From: Anaeramoeba ignava BMAN
Lineage: Eukaryota > Protista > Anaeramoebae
Length of the DNA: 64,000 nt
Assembly: GCA_028826165.1 (NCBI GenBank)
Contig: JAPDFW010000015.1
Location: 16,399 to 80,398 of the forward strand
Direction of reading: 5' to 3'
Numbering within the stretch: position 1 is the first letter of the stretch; each line of letters starts with the position of its first letter. The notes under the pieces were generated by a model. It searched no databases. It was not told the DNA's origin and saw only the letters and a list, made by a program, of their open reading frames with translations. Positions 53,934 through 64,000 of the stretch are shown here, piece by piece. A program made the position numbers and the translations under genes.

Positions 53934-54164
53934 TTTTTTAAAAATGAAAATAAAAATGAAATTTTTCAATTAATTTTTAAATCTCCTAAAATAAATTTTT
54001 TTTTCTCTTTTTTTTTGATCAAAAAAATAATCAATAAACAAAATTCTCCTTATTTTCTTTTAATTCAAAATAATTCATTTTCTAATCCCCTCTTTTATTA
54101 TTTTTTATTTTTTCTTTATTCCAAAAAAAATCAAAATCCAAAAAAAATAAAATTCAATTAATCA

Positions 54165-54880
54165 AATATAAAAAATGAGAATAAGTTTAATTTAATATTT
54201 AATTTAGAAATTAATTTAAAAAATGATTTATTATTTAATTTTATTATTAAATTTATAATTTATTAATTTATTTTTCAATATTTTCTTTTTTCAATATTAA
54301 TCAATGAAATATAAAAAATAAGAATAAGTTTAATTTAATATTTAATTTAGAAATCAATTTAAAAAATAATTTAATATTTAATTTTATTATTAAAATAATA
54401 ATTTATTAATTTATTTTTCAATATTTTCTTTTTCAATATTAATCAATGAAATATAAAAATAAGAATAAGTTTAATTTAATATTTAATTTAGAAATTAATT
54501 TAAAAATAATTTATTATTTAATTTTATTATTAAAATAATAATTTATTAATTTATTTTTCAATATTTTCTTTTTCAATATTAAACAATCAAATATAAAAAA
54601 TGAGAATAAGTTTAATTTAATATTTAATTTAGAAATTAATTTAAAAAATAATTTATTATTCAATTTTATTATTAAAATAATAATTTATTAATTTATTTTT
54701 CAATATTTTCTTTTTCAATATTAATCAATGAAATATAAAAATAAGAATAAGTTTAATTTAATATTTAATTTAGAAATTAATTTAAAAATAATTTATTATT
54801 TAATTTTATTATTAAAATAATAATTTATTGTTTTATTTTTAAATATTTTCTTTTTTCAATATTAATCAATGAAATACAAA
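54165..54880. repeat. Tandem repeat, about 141-bp unit x5
   Basis: GAATAAGTTTAATTTAATATTTAATTTAGAAA recurs at about 54179, 54322, 54463, 54604 and 54745. Confidence 0.9.
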
Positions 54881-54889
54881 AAATAAATA

Positions 54890-55560
54890 ATCAAAAATAT
54901 CAATTTAAGCAATGAAAATATTAATTCAGTTTGAAATAAAAGAAATTCAATTTAAATTATTATTAAATAGTATTCAAATTCAATTTTTTTCTTTATTAAA
55001 ACATTTCATTAATTTTATTAAATTTTTGGGAATTATTTTGTATTATTTTAAATAAAGAAATATTAATAAAATATATAAAATAGGATTAATTCTGAATTTA
55101 ACTATTTAATATTCTTTATTCCATTTTTGAAATAAATTAATTAAAACATTTTATTAATTTTATTAAATTTTTGGGAATTATTTTATATTATTTTAAATAA
55201 AAGAAATATTAATAAAATATATAAAAATAGAATTAATTCTGAATTTAATTATTTAATATTCTTTATTCCATTTTTGAAATAAATTAATTAAAATATTTTA
55301 TTAATTTTATTAAATTATTGGGAATTATTTTGTATTATTTTAAATAAAGAAGTATTAATAAAATGTATAAAATAGAATTAATTCTAAATTTAATTATTTA
55401 ATATTCTTTATTTCATTTTTGAAATAAATTAATTAAAATATTTTATTAATTTTATTTAATTTTTTGGGAATTTATATTATTTTAAATAAAGAAATATTAA
55501 TAAAATATATAAAAGTAAAATTCTAAATTTAACTATTTAATATTCTTTATTCCATTTTTA
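54890..55560 (-). repeat. Dispersed AT-rich element with about 145-bp tandem units (copy B, inverted relative to 25.2 kb)
   Basis: TTGGGAATT recurs at about 55027, 55171, 55318 and 55465; reverse-complement similarity to 25205-25730. Confidence 0.75.
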
Positions 55561-55949
55561 TTTTTCATTTTTCAAAATTTAAAATTAAGTAAATATTTTT
55601 ATTATTCAATTTAACAAAATAAAAATCAAATTTAATAATAAATAATAATATAAATATAAAATATAAATGAAATAAAAACAAAATAATTGCTAATTACTTA
55701 TTAATTTATTATTATTTCAATAAACAAAAAAAAAGGAAAAATAAATTTTCAAATTTTATTTAAACAAAAAAATTATCAATAAAAAATTTAAATTTAAATT
55801 TAATTCCAAAATAAAAATGAAAAGGAAATTATTTTTGTTATTGATTTATTATTATTTCTCAAATATTTATTTTATTTATTCCAATTAAAAAATAATTTTC
55901 CTTTTTTTTTCCTTTTTTAAAAAAATAAAATTAAAATAAAAAAGAAAAA

Positions 55950-58900
55950 ATGAGTGATTCTCCAAAAGAAATTAATTCAACAAAAAAATCAAATTCAAAT
56001 TCAAAACCAAAACCAAATTCAAAACATCATTCAAAACAAATTGATTCAAAACAAATTGATTCAAAACAGAATTCAAATTCAAAATCAAATAAGAAAAATC
56101 AAAATCAAAATCAAAATCAAAATCAAAATCAAAACAAAAATCAAAATCAAAATCAAAATCAAAATCAAAATCAAAATCAAAATCAAAATCAAAATCAAAA
56201 TATAAATATAAATCAAAATCAAATCCAAAATCAAAATCAAAATCAAAATCAAAAATATAAATCAAAATCAAAACAAAATCAAAATCAAAATATAAATATA
56301 AATCAAAATCAAATCCAAAATCAAAATCAAAATCAAAATCAAAATCAAAATCAAAATATAAATCAAAATCAAATTCAAAATCAAATTCAAAATCAAAATC
56401 AAAATCAGATTCAAATTCAAAATATAAATCAAAATCAAAATCAAAACCAAATTCAAAATCAAATTCAAAATCAAAATCAAAATCAAAATCAAAATCAAAA
56501 TCAAAATCAAAATCAAATCCAAAAAATTACATTTCAAGAAATTTATTCAAAAGAAAAATCACAAAAAATCGAAATATCAAAATTATATCAATTTCCTTCT
56601 CAAGAACTTAATAAATTTTTAATTTGTGAACTTCTTTCAAATTATAAAACAATGTTTCAAAATGAAGAAAATTGTGATTTTATAATTTATGTTGGAAAAA
56701 ATAATCAAAAAATTCCTTGCCATAAATCAATTCTTAATTCAAGATCAAGATTTTTTTATAAAAATCACCATGAAAAATCAGAAACTGAAGAATTATATCT
56801 TCCACAATTTGAATATGATATTGTTAAACCAATAATTTCATTTCTTTATGATTTAGAATTTAAATTTGATTTAAACAAATTTGAAAAATATTTTCAACTT
56901 TCAAAATATTTTAAATTAACAAGTTTAATAATCAAAATTGAAAAAGAAGTTTCAGAACAAATTAATGAAAAAAATGTTATTCCAATTTATTTCAAAAGTA
57001 TTTCCATTGAATCAATTTATCTTTCCAATATTTGTGAAAAGTTTATTAAAGAAAATATTAATAAAATTATTGAAGAAAATCAAACAGGATCAATAAATGA
57101 TAAAGAATTGAAAGAAATTATTCAAATTATTCAATCAACACCAAAAGAAAGCAAAATTGATTTAATTTGGAAATTATCTCAAGATTGGAAAAATAAATTT
57201 AAAAAAAGCAATAAAAATTTAATCGATAAAGAGAATATATTGATCCAATTCAAATTCAAGAACTCAATAATGAAATTCGAGATTTTTATTTTATTATTGA
57301 TAATATTAAAAATAATCAATTTATTTACTTGAATCCAAGAATTCAAAATAATCCAATTTTACCTTCAACTGATCAATTTCAATTAATAAATGAAAAAAAT
57401 AAAGAATTACAACAAGAAAATCAAAAACAAAAAAATAAGATCATAAAAATGAAAAAAGAATTAGAAATTTTTAAACCCGAAAGAAAAGCTCATCAAGATT
57501 TAGAAAATTTTAAAAATCAAATTTCAAATTTAAATGAAAGTAAATTATTTTTATTTTTATTTTAATTTTAATATAAATTATTTCCCAATTCAAAAATTCA
57601 AAAATCAAAAATCAAAATCAAAAAAGAATCTATTGAAGAAACAATAATATATATGAAACAATATCCAATTAATCAAAAAATTCAAGAAAATGGATGTTTT
57701 ATTTTACAAAAATTTGCAAAAGAAAATGAAGGTAAAATATTTATTTTTTTGAAACAATTTTTGAATAATAATATTAAAAATAATAATAAAAATAATTGAA
57801 ATTTAAAAGATAATCAAATAGAAATAAAAAAATTTAATGGAATTGAACCTCTTATAAATGTAATGAATAATTTCCCAAATAATGAAGATATTCAAATAAA
57901 AGCATCTGAAGCTTTATTAATATTTTCAGGAGGATTAAAAAGTAAATTAATTTCTTTTTTTAACAAATCAAAAATCAAAAAAAAAAATGAATTATTTGCA
58001 AATTTAAATCTCTTTCTTTTTCTTCTTTCACAAAACAAAAAGGTGAAGAAATAGAAAATCGAGAATTACAAGGAATTGAAATTTCTAAATTAAATGGAAT
58101 TAAAACAATTATTAATACAATCAATAATTATCCAAATAATCAAATTATTCAAGAAAAATCTATTTCAATTTTAACTAATATTGCAATTAATTCAGGTAAG
58201 AAAATTTATAAGAAAAAACAAATATTTATTTCCATAATTTTTACATTTCCAATTCTCATCAAAAATTTTAAAAATTTAATTTATAAAATGAAATGAGAAA
58301 ATTAATTTCAATTTCAATTTCAATTTCCAAAAAAAATAGAAAACAGAATTGAAATTAGAAATTTAAAAGGAATTGAACCTATTATTAAAGCAATGAATAA
58401 TTTCCCAAATAATCAAGATATTCAAAAATATGGATGTTGGGCTTTAAAGAATATTGCTGCTGATAATGGTAATTAAAAATAATCAAAAATCCAAATATTT
58501 TAATCAATTATTTATTATTAATTATTAATCAAAAAATATTTAATTAATTTCAATTTATTTCCAAAAAAATCCAAAAAAATTAATTTCAATTTCAATTTCA
58601 ATTTATTTCCAAAAAAATAGAAAACAAAATTGAAATTAGAAATTTAAAAGGAATTGAACCTATTATTAAATTAATGAATAATTTCCCAAATAATCAAGTT
58701 ATTCAAAAATATGGATGTTGGGCTTTATCGAATATTGCTGCTGATAATGGTAATTAAAAATATTCAAAAATCCAAATATTTTAATCAATTATTTATTATT
58801 AATTATTAATCAAAAAAATATTTAATCAATTTATTTCCAAAAAAATCCAAAAAAAAATAATTTCAATTTCAATTTCAATTTCAATTTCAATTTTCCAAAA

Positions 58901-61900
58901 AAATAGAAAACAGAATTGAAATTAGAAATTTAAAAGGAATTGAACCTATTATTAAATCAATGAATAATTTCCCAAATAATAAAGATATTCAAGAAAAAGG
59001 ATGTTGGGCTTTAAATAATATTGCTGCTGATAATGGTAATTAAAAATATTCAAAAATCCAAATATTTTAATCAATTATTTATTATTAATTATTAATCAAA
59101 AAAATATTTAATCAATTTCAATTCATTTCCAAAAATCCAAAAAAAAATTAATTTCAATTTCAATTTCAATTTCAATTTCAATTTCAATTTTCAAAAATAG
59201 AAAACAAAATTGAAATTAGAAATTTAAAAGGAATTGAACCTATTATTAAATCAATGAATAATTTCCCAAATAATCAAGATATTCAAGAAAAAGGATGTTG
59301 GGCTTTATGGAATATTGCTGCTAATAATAATGGTAAATAAAAATAAAAAATAAATAAAATTATAAATTAAAATATTTTAATCAATTATTTATTATTAATT
59401 ATTAATCAAAAATATTTAATTAATTTATTTCCAAAAATCCAAAAAAAATTAATTTCAATTTCAATTTCAATTTATTTCCAAAAAAATAGAAAACAAAATT
59501 GAAATTAGAAATTTAAAAGGAATTGAACCTATTATTAAATCAATGAATAATTTCCCAAATAATCAAGATATTCAAGAAAAAGGATGTTGGGCTTTATTGA
59601 ATATTGCTGCTAATAATAATGGTAAATAAAAATAAAAAATAAATAAAATTATAAATTAAAATATTTTAATCAATTATTTATTATTAATTATTAATCAAAA
59701 AATATTTAATTAATTTCAATTTATTTCCAAAAATCCAAAAAAATTAATTAATTAATTAATTTCAATTTCAATTTCAATTTATTTCCAAAAAAAATAGAAA
59801 ACCAAATTGAAATTAGAAATTTAAAAGGAATTGAACCTATTATTAAATCAATGAATAACTTCCCAAATAATCAAGATATTCAAGAAAATGGATGTGGAGC
59901 TTTAAATAATCTGTCTTTTAATGAAGGTAAATAAAAATAAAACATAAATAAAATTATAAATTAAAATATTTTAATCAATTATTTATTATTAATTATTAAT
60001 CAAAAAATATTTAATTAATTTCAATTTATTTCCAAAAATCCAAAAAAAAATTAATTTCAATTTCAATTTCAATTTCAATTTCAATTTTCAAAAAAATAGA
60101 AAACAAAATTGAAATTAGAAATTTAAAAGGAATTGAACCTATTATTAAATCAATGAATAACTTCCCAAATAATCAAGTTATTCAAGAAAAAGGATGTGGA
60201 GCTTTATTGAATATTGCTAATGATAATGGTAAATAAAAATAATCAAAAATCCAAATATTTTAATCAATTATTTATTATTAATTATTAATCAAAAAATATT
60301 TAATTAATTTCAATTTATTTCCAAAAAAATCCAAAAAAAAATTAATTTCAATTTTAATTTCAATTTTCAAAAAAATAGAAAACCAAATTGAAATTAGAAA
60401 TTTAAAAGGAATTGAACCTATTATTAAATCAATGAATAACTTCCCAAATAATCAAGTTATCCAAGAAAATGGATGTGGAGCTTTAAAGAATATTGCTTTT
60501 GATAAAGGTAAATAAAAATAAAAAATAAATAAAATTATAAATTAAAATATTTTAATCAATTATTTATTATTAATTATTAATCAAAAAATATTTAATTAAT
60601 TTCAATTTATTTCCAAAAAAATCCAAAAAAAAATTAATTTCAATTTCAATTTCAATTTCAATTTATTTCCAAAAAAATAGAAAACAAAATTGAAATTAGA
60701 AATTTAAAAGGAATTGAACCTATTATTAAATCAATGAATAACTTCCCAAATAATCAAGTTATTCAAGAAAAAGGATGTGGAGCTTTATCGAATATTGCTC
60801 TTGATAATGGTAAATAAAAATAATCAAAAATCCAAATATTTTAATCAATTATTTATTATTAATTATTAATCAAAAAATATTTAATTAATTTCAATTTATT
60901 TCCAAAAATCCAAAAAAAAATTAATTTCAATTTCAATTTATTTCCAAAAAAATAGAAAACAATATTGAAATTAGAAATTTAAAAGGAATTGAACCTATTA
61001 TTAAATCAATGAATAATTTCCCAAATAATCAAGATATTCAAAAACAAGGATGTTGGGCTTTATTGAATATTGCTGCTTTTGATAAAGGTAAATAAAAATA
61101 AAAAATAAATAAAATTATAAATTAAAATATTTTAATCAATTATTTATTATTAATTATTAATCAAAAAATATTTAATCAATTTCAATTTATTTCCAAAAAA
61201 ATCCAAAAAAATTAATTTCAATTTCAATTCCAATTTCAATTTATTTTCCAAAAAATAGAAAACAAAATTGAAATTAGAAATTTAAAAGGAATTGAACCTA
61301 TTATTAAATCAATGAATAATTTCCCAAATAATAAAGATATTCAAGAAAAAGGATGTGGAGCTTTATTGAATATTGCTGCTGATAATGGTAAATAAAAATA
61401 AAACATAAATAAAATTATAAATTAAAATATTTTAATCAATTATTTATTATTAATTATTAATCAAAAAAATATTTAATTAATTTCAATTTATTTCCAAAAA
61501 AATCCAAAAATTAATTTCAATTTCAATTTCAATTTCAATTTATTTCCAAAAAAATAGAAAACGAAATTGAAATTAGAAATTTAAAAGGAATTGAACCTAT
61601 TATTAAATCAATGAATAATTTCCCAAATAATCAAGTTATTCAAGAAAAAGGATGTTGGGCTTTAAATAATCTGTCTTTTAATGAAAGTAATTAAAAAATA
61701 ATCAAAAATCCAAATATTTTAATTAATTATTTATTATTAATTATTAATCAAAAAAATATTTAATCAATTTCAATTTATTTCCAAAAAAATCCAAAAAAAA
61801 TTAATTTCAATTTCAATTTCAATTTCAATTTCAATTTATTTCCAAAAAAATAGAAAACAAAATTGAAATTAGAAATTTAAAAGGAATTGAACCTATTATT

Positions 61901-64000
61901 AAATCAATGAATAATTTCCCAAATAATGAAGATATTCAAAAACAAGGATGTTGGGCTTTAAATAATCTGTCTTTTAATGAAGGTAAATAAAAATAATCAA
62001 AAATCCAAATATTTTAATCAATTATTTATTATTAATTATTAATCAAAAATATATTTAATCAATTTCAATTTATTTCCAAAAATCCAAAAAAAATTTAATT
62101 TCAATTTCAATTTCAATTTCAATTTATTTCCAAAAAAATAGAAAACAAAATTGAAATTAGAAATTTAAAAGGAATTGAACCTATTATTAAATCAATGAAT
62201 AATTTCCCAAATAATCAAGTTATTCAAGAAAAAGGATGTGGAGCTTTATCGAATATTGCTGTTGATAATGGTAAATAAAAATAATCAAAAATCCAAATAT
62301 TTTAATCAATTATTTATTATTAATTATTAATCAAAAAAATATTTTAATTAATTTCAATTTATTTCCAAAAAAATCCAAAAAAATTTAATTTCAATTTCAA
62401 TTTCAATTTCAATTTCAATTTTCAAAAAAATAGAAAACGAAATTGAAATTAGAAATTTAAAAGGAATTGAACCTATTATTAAATCAATGAATAATTTCCC
62501 AAATAATAAAGATATTCAAGAAAAAGGATGTTGGGCTTTAAATAATCTGTCTTTTAATAATGGTAAATAAAAATAATCAAAAATCCAAATATTTTAATCA
62601 ATTATTTATTATTAATTATTAATCAAAAAAATATTTTAATTAATTTCAATTTATTTCCAAAAATCCAAAAAAAAATTAATTTCAATTTCAATTTCAATTT
62701 CAATTTCAATTTTCAAAAAAATAGAAAACCAAATTGAAATTAGAAATTTAAAAGGAATTGAATCTATTATTAAATCAATGAATAATTTCCCAAATAATCA
62801 AGATATTCAAAAACAAGGATGTGGAGCTTTATGGAATATTGCTTTTAATGAAGGTAATTAAAAAATAATCAAAAATCCAAATATTTTAATCAATTATTTA
62901 TTATTAATTATTAATCAAAAAAATATTTAATTAATTTCAATTTATTTCCAAAAATCCAAAAAAAAATTAATTTCAATTTCAATTTATTTCCAAAAAAATA
63001 GAAAACCAAATCGAAATTAGAAATTTAAAAGGAATTGAACCTATTATTAAATCAATGAATAATTTCCCAAATAATCAAGATATTCAAGAAAAAGGATGTG
63101 GAGCTTTAAAGAATATTGCTGCTTTTAATAATGGTAAATAAAAATAATCAAAAATCCAAATATTTTAATCAATTATTCATTATTAATTATTAATCAAAAA
63201 AATATTTAATCAATTTCAATTTATTTCCAAAAAAATCCAAAAAAAATTAATTTCAATTTCAATTTATTTCCAAAAAAATAGAAAACCAAATTGAAATTAG
63301 AAATTTAAAAGGAATTGAACCTATTATTAAATCAATGAATAATTTCCCAAATAATAAAGATATTCAAAAACAAGGATGTTGGGCTTTAAATAATCTGTCT
63401 TTTAATGAAGGTAATTAAAAAATAAACAAAAATCCAAATATTTTAATCAATTATTTATTATTAATTATTAATCAAAAAATATTTAATTAATTTCAATTTA
63501 TTTCCAAAAATCCAAAATAATTAATTTCAATTTTAATTTCAATTTCAATTTCAATTTCAATTTCAATTTATTTCCAAAAAAATAGAAAACAAAATCGAAA
63601 TTAGAAATTTAAAAGGAATTGAACCTATTATTAAATCAATGAATAATTTTCCAAATAATCAAGATATTCAAAAACAAGGATGTTGGGCTTTATTGAATAT
63701 TGCTGCTGATAAAGGTAAATAAAAATAAAAAACAAATAAAATTATAAATTAAAATATTTTAATCAATTATTTATTATTAATTATTAATCAAAAAATATTT
63801 AATCAATTTCAATTTATTTCAAAAATCAAAAATTAATTTTTGTTAATTTTCAATTTCAATTTCAATTTTATTTCCAAAAACAAAAACACTCAAATTAGTG
63901 AAAATTAAATTTAAAAGGAAGTAATTAACTTATTATTAAATCGTGGATAATTTAAAATAATCAGGATTATTGAAAAAGGATGTAAAGAACTCAGAATGTG
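55950..64000 (+). CDS. Q/N-rich - BTB - armadillo-repeat protein, multi-exon, runs off the window end
   Basis: Exon 1 55950-57539 (frameshift at about 57230) with (QN)n and BTB 'CDFIIYVG...IPCHKSILNSRSRFF...IISFLY'. Divergent ARM exons at 57627-57731, about 57810-57941 and about 58043-58195, then 19 ARM cassette exons 58340-63714. Confidence 0.85.
58320..64000 (+). repeat. Tandem exon+intron cassette array, about 280-300-bp period, 19 intact units plus 1 degraded
   Basis: Exons of 129 or 132 nt start at 58340, 58621, 58907, 59201, 59490, 59798, 60100, 60379, 60681, 60956, 61259, 61558, 61854, 62142, 62434, 62725, 63002, 63282 and 63586. Each is flanked by AAATAG| and |GTAA. Confidence 0.93.

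Noticed and set aside
14619-57240. Programmed frameshifting or phase variation at the many single-base indels (GPCR copies 9, 11, 13, 18; ankyrin; NimA-like; BTB-ARM)
   Set aside because: Most lie in or beside A/T homopolymers at non-conserved positions, which is typical of long-read consensus error. They cannot be distinguished from real mutations without reads.
58320-64000. CRISPR-like or non-coding satellite interpretation of the regular array of about 290 bp
   Set aside because: Units contain GT-AG-bounded, frame-preserving ARM exons; there is no repeat-spacer structure and no cas genes.
63840-64000. A divergent 20th ARM cassette
   Set aside because: It lacks the acceptor and carries multiple indels at the very end of the window; probably low-quality terminal sequence.

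Overview
Extremely AT-rich eukaryotic (protist) genomic DNA with short GT-AG spliceosomal introns and abundant microsatellites. The gene content (BTB-domain expansions, a NimA-like flavoprotein with an organellar-type leader, TCATTTT initiator-like motifs) suggests an anaerobic metamonad such as Anaeramoeba; this is inference only. Positions 1-42 kb hold a head-to-tail array of 22 paralogous 4-exon 7TM receptor genes of the cAMP-receptor-like/GCR1/GPR157-type GPCR class. The first copy is cut by the window start, several copies carry frameshifts, and there are two orphan last exons. Every copy has an invariant 31-nt micro-exon carrying the ECL2 cysteine. Positions 42-54 kb hold a BTB-coiled-coil-TLDc gene, an ankyrin-BTB-BTB gene, the splicing helicase DHX8/Prp22 (two in-frame stops and a stop-free 270-nt intron) and a bacterial-type NimA/PNPOx-like gene. 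Positions 56-64 kb hold a Q/N-rich-BTB-armadillo gene whose ARM repeats are each encoded by one symmetric phase-1 exon. At least 19 near-identical exon+intron cassettes vary almost only at predicted ligand-contacting residues. This is the best candidate for an undescribed diversifiable recognition system. Many single-base frameshifts fall in homopolymers and may be long-read errors.
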